Shown here piece by piece: positions 38,921 through 50,270 of a stretch of 64,000 bases of DNA. Numbering within the stretch: the stretch's first letter is position 1; the number at the start of each line of letters is the position of its first letter. The translations under genes were made by a program, and so were the position numbers. The DNA lies in the NCBI GenBank assembly GCA_965216565.1, contig OZ244170.1, positions 2,208,001-2,272,000 of the forward strand. Direction: 5' to 3'. This DNA is from Bythopirellula sp. (GTDB lineage Bacteria > Planctomycetota > Planctomycetia > Pirellulales > Lacipirellulaceae). The notes under the pieces were generated by a model, which saw nothing but the letters and a program-made list of their open reading frames with translations, searched no databases and was not told the DNA's origin.

Positions 38921-40396
38921 ATGGAGCGTCTATTTCTATCAGGTGGCGTATTCTTTGCGCTCCTCGTTTGTTTAGCGAATCCCTGTGCACAAGCCGAGGA
39001 ATCCCTCGGCTCGATTGTGACCGACGTCACCGATTACTGGTCGCCGGTGATCGAAGATGCGCAGGTCGGTGAACCCTCGGAATTCTCCGACGCCATCGAA
39101 TCAAGCGTGGCGCCTGCCCAAATGCTCGCACCGCAGCGAAACACATCGGCCCGTACCGCCCAGCGTAACGACCGATCGAGTGGCGGTCGACGTTCTTCCG
39201 GCCTGTCCAACACCCCGTTCATGATAGGTGACACTGGCGCAGGAACTTGCTTTGCTTTCAACGGCCTATTGGTAGCGGAGCTTTCGCACCCCACGCTAAC
39301 CTGTAGTCGCCTGAATATCTCAGAGAACAACTCACCGCTGCCGACGGATCGTGTTTATTTCAGCTACCGACACTTTCACAACGCATCCAACCTGAAGTTT
39401 TATCAATTCGAAGAATCATTCGACGTCAATCGATTTACGCTTGGTGGCGAAAGGACTTTCTGCGATGGCATGATGTCGATGGAGCTACGCATGCCACTGG
39501 AACAGAGACTGGGTTCCAATCGAGAAAGCTACGATGTTTCCGATCCGCGTTTGAGCCTCGATCCAAACACGTTCGTCAATGGGTTCGATCCCTTTTTCGG
39601 CGGCCAGAAGACAGAGCTAGGCAACATCTCCCTGATGTTTAAGGCCTTACTCTACGAGAGCAACTCGTGTGCGGTCTCGGCGGGTGTCGGTGTCACTCTG
39701 CCTACTGCTCGGGACGTCGAATACCTGGTAACTACCGACAACCGGCTGATCTTCCCCAACGGAACGCAGGCCAATTCGAGTATCTTGCTCGACGTCTTCG
39801 GCTCAAACGAGACGGTCTACATATCGCCGTATTTGGCTTGGTTGAGCCGGCAGCCCAACTCGCGATTCTTCCATCAAGGGTTTCTGCAAATCGAAGTGGC
39901 CGCCAATCCTTCGTCGGTCGCAGTGGCAGGTGATGGCCTGACGAACTTCTTGGACGATGCCGACCCCAATGTCGTAACGGGCACCTTCGACTGGTTTACC
40001 CCGTTCCCATCCGGAAGAACAGACTTGTTTGCCCAGACGCTGATGCGATTGAATTTGGGCTTTGGATATACGATGGTGGATGACCCACGGGCAAGTTTGT
40101 TCCAAAAACTTACCGCGATGCTGGAATTTCACTACACCTCGACACTGCAGGATGCCAACATCAGCACGGTACCAATCTCGGTGGATGCCACAGGCACTTC
40201 CGGTGTAAACCCGATTCAAACAATCGAATTCGGGAACCTGCTGAACCGGGTGGACATCGTCAACATGGTTACAGGTCTTTCTGCGAATTGTGGGAACTGG
40301 GTCGTGACCAACGGTTTCACCGTCCCCATCGCTCTTAGCGAAGAGGATGGACCGTTCGACTTTGAATACAACCTCCAACTGCAGCGACCATTCTAG
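38921..40396 (+). CDS. Exported planctomycete-type hypothetical protein, possible outer-membrane beta-barrel
   Basis: Signal peptide; ENNSPLPTDRVYFSY motif; alternating beta pattern; C-terminal Phe. Confidence 0.7.
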   Translation: MERLFLSGGVFFALLVCLANPCAQAEESLGSIVTDVTDYWSPVIEDAQVGEPSEFSDAIESSVAPAQMLAPQRNTSARTAQRNDRSSGGRRSSGLSNTPFMIGDTGAGTCFAFNGLLVAELSHPTLTCSRLNISENNSPLPTDRVYFSYRHFHNASNLKFYQFEESFDVNRFTLGGERTFCDGMMSMELRMPLEQRLGSNRESYDVSDPRLSLDPNTFVNGFDPFFGGQKTELGNISLMFKALLYESNSCAVSAGVGVTLPTARDVEYLVTTDNRLIFPNGTQANSSILLDVFGSNETVYISPYLAWLSRQPNSRFFHQGFLQIEVAANPSSVAVAGDGLTNFLDDADPNVVTGTFDWFTPFPSGRTDLFAQTLMRLNLGFGYTMVDDPRASLFQKLTAMLEFHYTSTLQDANISTVPISVDATGTSGVNPIQTIEFGNLLNRVDIVNMVTGLSANCGNWVVTNGFTVPIALSEEDGPFDFEYNLQLQRPF

Positions 40397-40432
40397 GGTC
40401 TCTGCCAACATCAATTCATTCTCCACCCCCGC

Positions 40433-40470
40433 GAAGGCCTAAGAGATCATTCTCTTAGGCCTTCTTGATT
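40433..40470 (+). terminator. Intrinsic terminator-like hairpin
   Basis: Perfect 14-bp stem gaaggcctaagaga-tcat-tctcttaggccttc followed by T-rich sequence. Confidence 0.75.
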
Positions 40471-40589
40471 TCTCTACCGGGAAGGGTCAACTGCCAAACC
40501 GGCTTTGCACGAGTCAGCAACTCTTCGTAAACTAGGATTTCGAGGAGTAAACTAGGTCCGCGCTTTCTCTGGCTGATCGAGCACACCGT

Positions 40590-43373
40590 ATGTCAACAAC
40601 TTCTGCCGATCGCAATCTGCTGTTTGGCGTTCTGGCGGTACAGCTCGACTTTGTCTCGCGCGACGATTTAGTCGCCGCGACCAATCAGTGGAAGCAAAAC
40701 AAGGACCAGCCGCTGAGCAAGGTCTTCATCTCCCAAGGCAAGCTCAACGACGAAGAGTCGAAGCTCATCGAGAGCGTGGTCCAAAAGCATCTAGAGCGCA
40801 ATGGGAAGGATGCCCGCAAGAGCCTGGAATCGATCGAAGCCTTCCAAGCCATTCGAACGACGCTCGGGGAACTGCCCGATACAGAGAATCGTAAGTCGTC
40901 TGATACCGAATTCGATACCGTTGCCGCTCCGCCCAGCGATCCCTACAGCACGCAAATGGCGACAGGGCCAGAACTATCGGGGCATAGTTCTCGTTTCTCG
41001 ATCCTGCGGTTGCACCAGCGGGGAGGATTGGGTCGAGTCTCTATCGCGCTCGATGAAGAACTAAGCCGAGAGATTGCGCTCAAAGAAATCCTCCCAGCTC
41101 ATGCGGACAACGAGGAGAATCGCACACGCTTTGTTCGCGAAGCTGAGATCACCGGCGCACTGGAGCATCCCGGCGTGGTTCCCGTGTACAGCCTGGGCCA
41201 GTTCGCCGATGGCAGGCCGTACTATGCGATGCGTTTCATTCGCGGGATGAATCTGCAGATGGCTATCGAGGATTTCTATCGTTTAGCCGATGGCTCGGCT
41301 GAATCTCAACTTCGCTTCCGCGGCCTGGTAGCGAAAATCATCCATACCTGTCAGACGATCGAGTACGCCCACAGCCGGGGCGTTATTCATCGCGACATCA
41401 AGCCAGGCAACATCATGCTTGGCGATTATGGCGAAACGTTGGTTGTCGACTGGGGTTTGGCCAAGACGCTCGACGAAGAGGCATTCTCTACGGACGTCTC
41501 CACAGCCCCCCCCGTGCAGGCCAGCAAACGGGCCTCCTCCACCAGCACCCAAGTGGGACGGGTCGTGGGTACCCCTTCTTACATGAGCCCCGAGCAGGCT
41601 GCGGGGCGCCTCGATGCTTTGGGACCCGCTAGCGATATCTACAGTCTCGGGGCCACACTTTATCAATTGCTCACCGGTAAGATAGCCTTCCGCGGCAACG
41701 AAGAAGAAGTTCTTGGCAACGTGCAGCTGGGCCGCTTTACTAAACCCCGCGAAGTGAATCCGAAAGCACCGAAGGCCCTCGAAGCCATCTGCCTCAAGGC
41801 AATGGCCCGCATGCCCGAAGATCGCTACCAATCGGCCCGCGATATGGCCGACGACCTCGAACGCTACATGGCCGACGAGCAGGTGAGGGCCTATACCGAA
41901 CCTCTCTACGCCAAAGCATGGCGCTGGACGCGAAATCACAAGGCGGTTGTCATCAGTTCGGCGGCAGCGCTTACTGTCGCGGTGGCGGCACTGACGCTCG
42001 GTATGATTCTTGTCACTGCCGCCTACGACCGGGAGCATAAGCAGCGAAGTCGAGCGGAAGAAAACTTCGGCATCGCCACCGAACAACGAAAACTGGCCGA
42101 ACGCAACTTCAAGCTCGCACGCAATGCGGTGCAAGATTACTTTATCACTATCAGTGAAGAAACCCTGCTCAAACAGCACGGCATGCAGGATCTGCGTAAG
42201 ACGCTGCTGCAACAGGCTCTCGACTACTACCAAAAATTCCTCGATCAGCGCGGCGAAGACCCGTCGTTAAAACGAGAAGTGGCAGAAGCGCATTATCTGG
42301 CGGGAAAGATTACCCAAACCATCGACTCGCCGGAACTCGCCATGGACCATTTCCTGGCGGCAGCCGACTTGCAAAAACAGCTTCTGACAGAAAATCCCAA
42401 TACTCACTCGTTAATCGGCGAGCTCGGCAATACCCTCAACGCGATTGGTGAAGCCCACATCCGCAAATTTGAACTCGAAGAAGCCAAGGAACAGTTTGAT
42501 GCTTCTTCCAAGCTGCGCGCCCAGCTTACGGAACTTAAGCCCGACGATGCAGAGGCAGCCCGCACCTTAGCCAATAGCTACATGAACATTGGTACTGTCT
42601 ACAAATATCAAGGAGAGTTTGAAGACGCGATCCAAGCCATGCAACGTGCCCAAATGATCCGCGTCTCGCAGATTGAAGAGAAAAAGTCTGAGAGTCCCAA
42701 ATTAAAACGGGACCTAGGCATGGGCTATTTCAATCTGGCGACCGTACGGCAGGAACTCGGCGACTCGGCACGGGCCGAAACGCACTACCTGCAAGCCGTG
42801 AAGGTCTTCACCGACTTGCAGGCTTCCCAGCCTAATACCATCGACTACGACCGATTTCTCGCGGCCTGTCAAAGGATGCTCGGCGATCTTCTCAAGGAGT
42901 CCGACGCGGTGAAGTCGGTCGAATTCTATCGGCGTTCTCAACAGGTCTTAGAAAATTCACGTAGCCAGAACCCTAACGTCGTTGACATCGCGGCTGATCT
43001 ATCCGGCCTGTACTTGAATCTGGGCGACTTGCTCCATTCCCAGGGCAAATTGGACGATGCGCTTGATGTACTCGATCGATCGATTAAGGTGCTCACCGAT
43101 CTTTCGGAGGATCTTTCCGATGTGCCATGGTACCGCCTAGATTTGGGCCGTGCCCAACGCAGCGTGGGACTCATCCTCGCCGAAGCAGGTAGACTCGACG
43201 AGGCCAACGTGCAACTCGAAGAATCGCGCGCCACACTTTCAAAACTTGTGAGCGAAGACCTTTCCAACGAAGAATTCACCATCGAATTGGCACTCACCAT
43301 GGATGCCATCGCTGAACTAGAATCTCTCGAAGTTAAAAGCGAGACAGACCCAACCGAAACGCCCGAGCAATAG
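40590..43373 (+). CDS. Ser/Thr protein kinase with TM segment and C-terminal TPR repeats
   Basis: DRNLLFG N-terminus; GGLGRV, RFVREAEITG.LEHPG, HRDIKPGN, DWGLAK, GTPSYMSPEQ; TPR helices. Confidence 0.93.
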   Translation: MSTTSADRNLLFGVLAVQLDFVSRDDLVAATNQWKQNKDQPLSKVFISQGKLNDEESKLIESVVQKHLERNGKDARKSLESIEAFQAIRTTLGELPDTENRKSSDTEFDTVAAPPSDPYSTQMATGPELSGHSSRFSILRLHQRGGLGRVSIALDEELSREIALKEILPAHADNEENRTRFVREAEITGALEHPGVVPVYSLGQFADGRPYYAMRFIRGMNLQMAIEDFYRLADGSAESQLRFRGLVAKIIHTCQTIEYAHSRGVIHRDIKPGNIMLGDYGETLVVDWGLAKTLDEEAFSTDVSTAPPVQASKRASSTSTQVGRVVGTPSYMSPEQAAGRLDALGPASDIYSLGATLYQLLTGKIAFRGNEEEVLGNVQLGRFTKPREVNPKAPKALEAICLKAMARMPEDRYQSARDMADDLERYMADEQVRAYTEPLYAKAWRWTRNHKAVVISSAAALTVAVAALTLGMILVTAAYDREHKQRSRAEENFGIATEQRKLAERNFKLARNAVQDYFITISEETLLKQHGMQDLRKTLLQQALDYYQKFLDQRGEDPSLKREVAEAHYLAGKITQTIDSPELAMDHFLAAADLQKQLLTENPNTHSLIGELGNTLNAIGEAHIRKFELEEAKEQFDASSKLRAQLTELKPDDAEAARTLANSYMNIGTVYKYQGEFEDAIQAMQRAQMIRVSQIEEKKSESPKLKRDLGMGYFNLATVRQELGDSARAETHYLQAVKVFTDLQASQPNTIDYDRFLAACQRMLGDLLKESDAVKSVEFYRRSQQVLENSRSQNPNVVDIAADLSGLYLNLGDLLHSQGKLDDALDVLDRSIKVLTDLSEDLSDVPWYRLDLGRAQRSVGLILAEAGRLDEANVQLEESRATLSKLVSEDLSNEEFTIELALTMDAIAELESLEVKSETDPTETPEQ

Positions 43374-43464
43374 GACTCGCCCCTAGCCACGACCAATGAC
43401 GAACTAGCTCCAGCGAGCGGCCTCCCCGTAATCCCACACTCCTCAACCAATAGGGGAACGAAAC

Positions 43465-44034
43465 ATGAGAATACTGCAAAGCCTATTCACACTGTGTCTG
43501 ATGACTTGCATGGCCAGTTTCGCTCAAGCCCAGGAAACCGAGCAACCGCTACCCGACTTCCCAAAACCCACCAAAGAGCATGAGTGGCTCAAGCAATTCG
43601 AAGGCGAGTGGGTGGCCAGTTCCAAGTCGGTAGCCACGCCCGATCAGCCCTCGTTCGAGTGCCAGGCAACGATCAGTAATCGTATGCTCGGAGGTTTCTG
43701 GATGGTAAGCGAAGCCAAGGGCGAAATCGCCGGCGAGAAGGTGCTTTCAATCCAGCAATTGGGTTACGACCCGCAGAAGAAAAAGTACGTCGGCACCTGG
43801 ATCGACAACGCGATGAACCACCTCTGGCATTATCAGGGAACCGTCGACAAGTCTGGCAAAAAGCTCAGCCTGGTAGCCGAAGGGCCCAACTTTATGGAGG
43901 GTGGAAAAATCACCAAGTTCCGCGATAGCTATGAGTTTAAGTCGCCAGACCTGATAGTTTCCACTGCCGAGATCCTCGATGGCGAGGGCAACTGGGTCAC
44001 CGTTATGACGGGTGAAACTAAACGCAAAAAATGA
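43465..44034 (+). CDS. DUF1579-domain exported protein
   Basis: P.KEHEWL.QFEGEW, LGYDP.KKKYVGTWID. Confidence 0.85.
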   Translation: MRILQSLFTLCLMTCMASFAQAQETEQPLPDFPKPTKEHEWLKQFEGEWVASSKSVATPDQPSFECQATISNRMLGGFWMVSEAKGEIAGEKVLSIQQLGYDPQKKKYVGTWIDNAMNHLWHYQGTVDKSGKKLSLVAEGPNFMEGGKITKFRDSYEFKSPDLIVSTAEILDGEGNWVTVMTGETKRKK

Positions 44035-44133
44035 CGACCGTTGATCGTTTTCTAGGGTTTTCTATCGGGCAAAATATTCTAAACAGTCCCGTTGCAGGAG
44101 AATTGTTGTCTGACATATTACCCGAGGTCATCC

Positions 44134-45084
44134 ATGTCTACCGCTCGTCCGACCGAATCATTTTGGGATCGCCTCTGCTTCTACTCTGGCCCTTCCGACC
44201 ACGGGTCGATCCATGTGGGACTGCTTCTGCTCAGAATATTTGCCGGGGTGACGATCGCCGGGGCAGGGCTGGACAAGCTGCCTACCTCTACCTGGTTTGC
44301 CGGGCAAGTTGGTGATATTGGTTTCCCTCTTCCCAGTACGTTTGCATTCCTCGCAGCTTTCTCAGAATTTGCCGGCGGCTGGTTGATCGTAGTCGGACTG
44401 CTGGCACGGCCTAGTGCCTTTCTCATCGCGTTCACCATGGGTGTCGCCTCGATCACCATCCATGCCGAAGTGCCCTTTTTCGGACTCAACATCGCTCGTT
44501 TGTATTTCTGGGTTTTTCTGGGATTGACGTTCACCGGTGCCGGTAGGTTTTCTCTGGACCAGTTGGTGCGCACTGGTGCTCTGCCCAAGACTCTCGTCGT
44601 GATAATTCCTCTGCTGTTGCTCGGCTACGGTGGTTACCGCGAATGGGTATTCGAGCCGGAGGTCCAGGAACCCGTTGCTTTCGATCCTCAGGAAATCCAG
44701 CAAATGAGCGTTGCCGGCAGTTTCAACAACTGGGATCTAACCGCGACCCCGATGGAGCAGGACGAACAAGGAGTATGGAAAACCACGGTCGAGATCGAAG
44801 AATCGGGGCCCATTGAATTCAAGTTCGCCGCCAACGAAGACTGGGCTCTTAACACTGGCGCCCCTCCCGAGGCAAAATCGGCATTCCCATTGCAGGCCGT
44901 AGGCTTGATTTCGCTCAACGCCAACCCAGAGAATATCAAAGCCTACATCCCCAGGGCTGGCAGCTACGAGTTTACCTTCGACCCCAGCGATTTCTCGTAT
45001 TCTCTGGACGCTACTTCTCTGAACGCTACGAAGAACGCTGAAGAAGCGGGCAACGAGCGGCCAGCTTCGCCGGGGCCTCGCTGA
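44134..45084 (+). CDS. DoxX family membrane protein fused to a carbohydrate-binding-like (CBM48/X25-type) domain
   Basis: GLLLLRIFAG, SEFAGGWL..GL..RP, GAGRFSLD; then VAGSFNNWD...PM....GVW...IEFKFAANEDW. Confidence 0.8.
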   Translation: MSTARPTESFWDRLCFYSGPSDHGSIHVGLLLLRIFAGVTIAGAGLDKLPTSTWFAGQVGDIGFPLPSTFAFLAAFSEFAGGWLIVVGLLARPSAFLIAFTMGVASITIHAEVPFFGLNIARLYFWVFLGLTFTGAGRFSLDQLVRTGALPKTLVVIIPLLLLGYGGYREWVFEPEVQEPVAFDPQEIQQMSVAGSFNNWDLTATPMEQDEQGVWKTTVEIEESGPIEFKFAANEDWALNTGAPPEAKSAFPLQAVGLISLNANPENIKAYIPRAGSYEFTFDPSDFSYSLDATSLNATKNAEEAGNERPASPGPR

Positions 45085-45150
45085 AAAGCGCTGCTTCCCG
45101 CTCGAATGATCGCATTCTGACGGTCCTGCAAAAAACCTGCGTAAATGGTC

Positions 45151-45198
45151 TTGCACCAAATACTGAACATTTATATAGTATTCGTACGTACAGTATTT
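45151..45198 (+). promoter_or_regulatory. recA promoter overlapped by an SOS-box-like palindrome
   Basis: TTGCAC (45151-45156), 17 nt, TATAGT (45174-45179); TACTG-N10-TAGTA at 45161-45180; aaatactg...cagtattt inverted repeat at 45158-45198. Confidence 0.65.
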
Positions 45199-45316
45199 GA
45201 AGGCACGCTTCCAGTTCCTGTCTTGTCCACGCATCCTTCACTCGTATCGTTTTTGGCACGGCCACGGTGCCCTGCTACACAAACCTCAAATATGTTGTAA
45301 AAAGGGGTCAAAACCA

Positions 45317-46483
45317 ATGGTATCTGCCACTGCATCGCGAAACAGCACAACCAAGAACAACGCATCGAGTAACAAAATGGCTAAGAAGGAAAAAGGGCGC
45401 AAATCTGCCGCCAAGTCTGCAAAGAAGACCGCCGCCGACAAACTGCTAGCGGATAGCCCCGATTTGCGAAACACAGTCGCGGCCATTGAAAAGCAGTTTG
45501 GCGAAGGCTCGATCATGCCGCTGGGTTCCGAACAAACCAAGCGAATTGAAGGCATCCCTACCGGCAGCCTGTCGCTCGATATCGCCTTGGGAGGGCAGGG
45601 CATCCCCAAGGGACGCATCATCGAAGTCTACGGCCCTGAGTCCAGCGGTAAGACGACCCTGGCCTTACACGTGGTCGCCCAAGCTCAGCAAAACGGTGGC
45701 ATTGCGGCATTTATCGATGCGGAGCATGCCCTCGATCCGAGTTGGGCGAAAAAATTGGGTGTCGATCTCGAGACACTTCTCGTCAGTCAACCAGGCCACG
45801 GCGAGGAGGCCATGCATATCACCGAAATGCTGGTCAAGAGTAATGCTGTCGACATCATCGTCATCGACTCCGTAGCAGCACTCGTTCCCAAGAAAGAGCT
45901 CGATGGAGAAATCGGCGACTCGCATGTTGGCTTACAAGCCCGACTGATGAGTCAGACAATGCGTAAACTCACCGGTGCCATTAACAAGAGCAAGACGTCC
46001 GTGATTTTCATCAACCAAATCCGCGAGAAGATCGGCGTGATGTTTGGCAGTCCCGAAACCACCCCCGGCGGTCGGGCCTTGAAATTTTATTCTTCCTGCC
46101 GCATCGACGTGCGTCGCATTGGCCAACTCAAAGATGGCGAAGATGTCGTCGGTCAGCGGGTCCGTGCCAAGGTTGTGAAGAACAAAGTCGCTCCGCCTTT
46201 CCGAGCCGCTGAGTTCGACATGATGCACTCCGACGGCATCAGCTACGAAGGGGATATCCTCGACCTGGGGATGGAGCAGAAAATTGTCGCCCGCACGGGC
46301 GCCTGGTTCCGTTACGGCGAAATGCAACTCGGACAAGGCAAGGAAAAAGCTCGCACCTTCCTCCGCGAAAACCCCGAGACGGCCGAGGAAATCAAACAAA
46401 AGATCCTCGCCGCCGGAGGCTTCGAAGACCTGCTCATGGGTGGTGCCCCGGCTGAGAAAAACGGAGAAGACACCGACGAGTGA
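45317..46483 (+). CDS. recA: Recombinase RecA (start could be 45377)
   Basis: [69 protein letters not shown]. Confidence 0.99.
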   Translation: MVSATASRNSTTKNNASSNKMAKKEKGRKSAAKSAKKTAADKLLADSPDLRNTVAAIEKQFGEGSIMPLGSEQTKRIEGIPTGSLSLDIALGGQGIPKGRIIEVYGPESSGKTTLALHVVAQAQQNGGIAAFIDAEHALDPSWAKKLGVDLETLLVSQPGHGEEAMHITEMLVKSNAVDIIVIDSVAALVPKKELDGEIGDSHVGLQARLMSQTMRKLTGAINKSKTSVIFINQIREKIGVMFGSPETTPGGRALKFYSSCRIDVRRIGQLKDGEDVVGQRVRAKVVKNKVAPPFRAAEFDMMHSDGISYEGDILDLGMEQKIVARTGAWFRYGEMQLGQGKEKARTFLRENPETAEEIKQKILAAGGFEDLLMGGAPAEKNGEDTDE

Positions 46484-46494
46484 CTGCTTCTGCT

Positions 46495-46534
46495 AAACGC
46501 AAAGTTCGCTGAGCTACAAGAGGGCCGCAGAGGA
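46495..46534 (+). repeat. Left inverted repeat of the GxxExxY unit
   Basis: aaacgcaaagttcgctgagctacaagagggccgcagagga. Confidence 0.7.
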
Positions 46535-46562
46535 TCTTTTGAAAGCATTGGAGTGTGGAGCG

Positions 46563-46991
46563 GTGCGGGAAAATCGATTATCTGAAAAAGTGATTGGCTG
46601 TGCTATCGAGGTGCATCGACAGCTTGGTCCCGGTCTGCTGGAATCGATATATGAAGAATCGCTCTGTCACGAACTTTCGCTGCAAGGCATAGGGTATCAG
46701 CGACAGCGTCTGGTCCCCATAACCTACAAGACGCAAACTCTTGCAACGCCACTGAGACTAGACCTGCTGATCGAAAACACACTAATCTTAGAAATTAAGG
46801 CTAAGGAAAATGTTCACCCAATCGACAAGCAACAGTTACTTACTTACCTACGTCTCTCAAACATGCATTTAGGCCTATTGATTAACTTCAACGTCACGAA
46901 ACTCGTCGATGGACTCTCCAGAGTAGTAAACCAACTACCCGAACGATCGCACGAGTCAGAAACTATTCTCAGCGGCCCTCCCTTTCTCTGA
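46563..46991 (+). CDS. GxxExxY protein (PD-(D/E)XK nuclease-like superfamily)
   Basis: VIGCAIEVHRQLGPGLLESIYE, RLDLLIE...ILEIKA, QLLTYLRL....GLLINFN; GTG start after GGAG. Confidence 0.95.
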   Translation: MRENRLSEKVIGCAIEVHRQLGPGLLESIYEESLCHELSLQGIGYQRQRLVPITYKTQTLATPLRLDLLIENTLILEIKAKENVHPIDKQQLLTYLRLSNMHLGLLINFNVTKLVDGLSRVVNQLPERSHESETILSGPPFL

Positions 46992-47532
46992 GCCCTCTGC
47001 GTTTCATCCACTTTTCCCCAACATCGAGAGCGGAAGCCAACAAAGAAATAGCGAAGACCCAAGAAATTCGATCTGATTGAAACGCATAACTCAAACTGGG
47101 AGGATCTTGCGCAAGACTGGTCTGTTAACTCTTAGAAGTGCACCTCTTCAGGCTAGATCCCTCGGCAGACCTCGGGATGACAGGTTTTCTCAAGCAACAC
47201 CATCAAGTCTCACAGTGGCCCTCATCAACTCTCTCAGCGGCCCTCCCTTTCTCTGAGCCCTCTGCGTTTAATCCACTTTCCCCCAACATCGAGAGCGGAA
47301 GCCAACAAGAAATAGCGAAGATCCAAGGAAGTCGATCTGATTGAAACGCATAACTCAAACTGGGAGGATCTTGCGCAAGACTGGTCTGTTAACTCTTAGA
47401 AGTGCACCTCTTCAGGCTAGATCCCTCGGCAGACCTCGGGATGACAGATTTTCTTAAGCAACACAATCAAGTCTCACAGTAGCCCTCATCAACTCTCTCA
47501 GCGGCCCTCCCTTTTTTGAGCCCTCTGCGTTT
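46967..47532. repeat. Tandem array: three copies of a ~38-bp repeat separated by two near-identical ~227-bp segments (period 265/264 bp)
   Basis: tctcagcggccctccctttctctgagccctctgcgttt at 46967, 47232 and 47496; intervening segments near-identical, each containing agatccctcggcagacctcgggatgaca. Confidence 0.92.
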
Positions 47533-48220
47533 ATTTCGACTGGGGAGGCAACTCAAGCTCCCGCGCCTCCCCTTGTTCATTCGCTTGCCACAGTCGACCC
47601 GCTTCTGGCTCGAGCGCCGTCAGCCAATAGCCGCCGTGGCAATAGGTGTCGATGCATACTAGGTGTCCAGCGTTGAATACTTTGCCCTGTTTGTTGGAAG
47701 TGTGACCCACGATGGCGGTCTTGCCCGAACAATGCGTCTTTGGCATCTTCGCCTTGAGAGATTCCCATCGCATCCAACTCCATGGCTGATCGGCTAGCGG
47801 TAAGCTCGGTTCGTAGTTGCCGTGGGCGAAGAAGAAACCTGGAGTTTCGTAATAGTCGCCCCAACTGCGAATAAACTCGACGTGCTCGGCAGGCACAGAG
47901 TCGAGACTACCCTCCGCTGCGTAAGACTGTAGAGTCTCTGTGCCACCGTGAATCAGCCAATCGCCCTCAGGCATTTGGCCATCGATGGCATCAAGCATCA
48001 TCTGCTCGTGATTGCCAAGAATCGGTACGAGCTGGCACTCTCCCGCGAGTCGCATCAAACGTTCAATAACGCCACGGCTATCGGGACCGCGATCAATCGC
48101 GTCGCCCAACATCACGACCACATCATCGGGCTTTAGATCCAATCTGGCGAGTAGAGTATTCAGTGCCCGTAAGCAGCCGTGAATATCTCCAATGGCGATA
48201 GTTCGAGATTCAGAATTCAT
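47531..48220 (-). CDS. Metallophosphoesterase (PrpA/ApaH-like Ser/Thr phosphatase family)
   Basis: IGDIHG, LGDAIDRGPDS, GNHEQM, VGHT, IDT. Confidence 0.92.
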   Translation of the reverse strand: MNSESRTIAIGDIHGCLRALNTLLARLDLKPDDVVVMLGDAIDRGPDSRGVIERLMRLAGECQLVPILGNHEQMMLDAIDGQMPEGDWLIHGGTETLQSYAAEGSLDSVPAEHVEFIRSWGDYYETPGFFFAHGNYEPSLPLADQPWSWMRWESLKAKMPKTHCSGKTAIVGHTSNKQGKVFNAGHLVCIDTYCHGGYWLTALEPEAGRLWQANEQGEARELELPPQSK

Positions 48221-48462
48221 TCAATTGAATGGCAAGGATAGGTGGGTTCATAGGACTTGGTGCCAGGACCGAAAATAGAACGAATATCCCTGTTGGATTT
48301 CAAGCCCTAATTGTCGGCAAATACCCACCTGACGTTGATTGACAATTAGCAGCCCACAGATAGGATGACTCATTGAAGTCTCTTCGATCTGTCAAGCGGT
48401 TGTGCGACCCAAGTGATGGCGCACTGCTTGGCACATCGAATATTTAGAACTAATGGCGCTAA

Positions 48463-49842
<1,380 letters not shown>

Positions 49843-49884
49843 CACCAACCAGCTTGGAACGCCTATCTAATTGGACACTAAGTT

Positions 49885-50244
49885 ATGACGAAACGATTCG
49901 CTACACTTGCGAGCTTACTTCTTTTGGCCGGCTGCTCCACTGAGAATGTCTCTCAAACAGAAGCCCCTGCCACCGAGCCTGTCGAAGTCACTGAGACAGC
50001 GTTCAACACCTCCGGTGCCCCGACGGTGAAGATCAACGTACCCGACGTGGTGTGCGAATCGTGTGTGGCCAAGGTAAAAGAAGCGCTCACCTCGCAACCT
50101 GGCGTGAAGGACGTGATGGTCAGCCTGGAGGATAAGATTGCGACGGTGGCGGTCGACAAGCAGGCTTTCGAGCCTCAAGAAGCAATCGCTTTGCTCGTGG
50201 ACTATCAATTCACAAACTCAGCAATGGCTGGCTCCAGCAAGTAA
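49885..50244 (+). CDS. Heavy-metal-associated (HMA) domain lipoprotein
   Basis: Lipobox LLAGC; CESC motif, then KVKEAL...PGVKDV. Confidence 0.82.
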   Translation: MTKRFATLASLLLLAGCSTENVSQTEAPATEPVEVTETAFNTSGAPTVKINVPDVVCESCVAKVKEALTSQPGVKDVMVSLEDKIATVAVDKQAFEPQEAIALLVDYQFTNSAMAGSSK

Positions 50245-50270
50245 GCACTCTCGGCTCGAGTCTCTGACTC

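Noticed and set aside
47004..47087. 27-aa minus-strand peptide MRFNQIEFLGSSLFL... in the 265-bp unit
   Set aside because: Three substitutions between copies fall in one codon phase, which can easily happen by chance; copy 2 is frameshifted and there is no clear RBS.
46967..47532. CRISPR array
   Set aside because: Repeats are ~38 bp, but the spacers are ~227 bp and near-identical to each other; no cas genes in the window.
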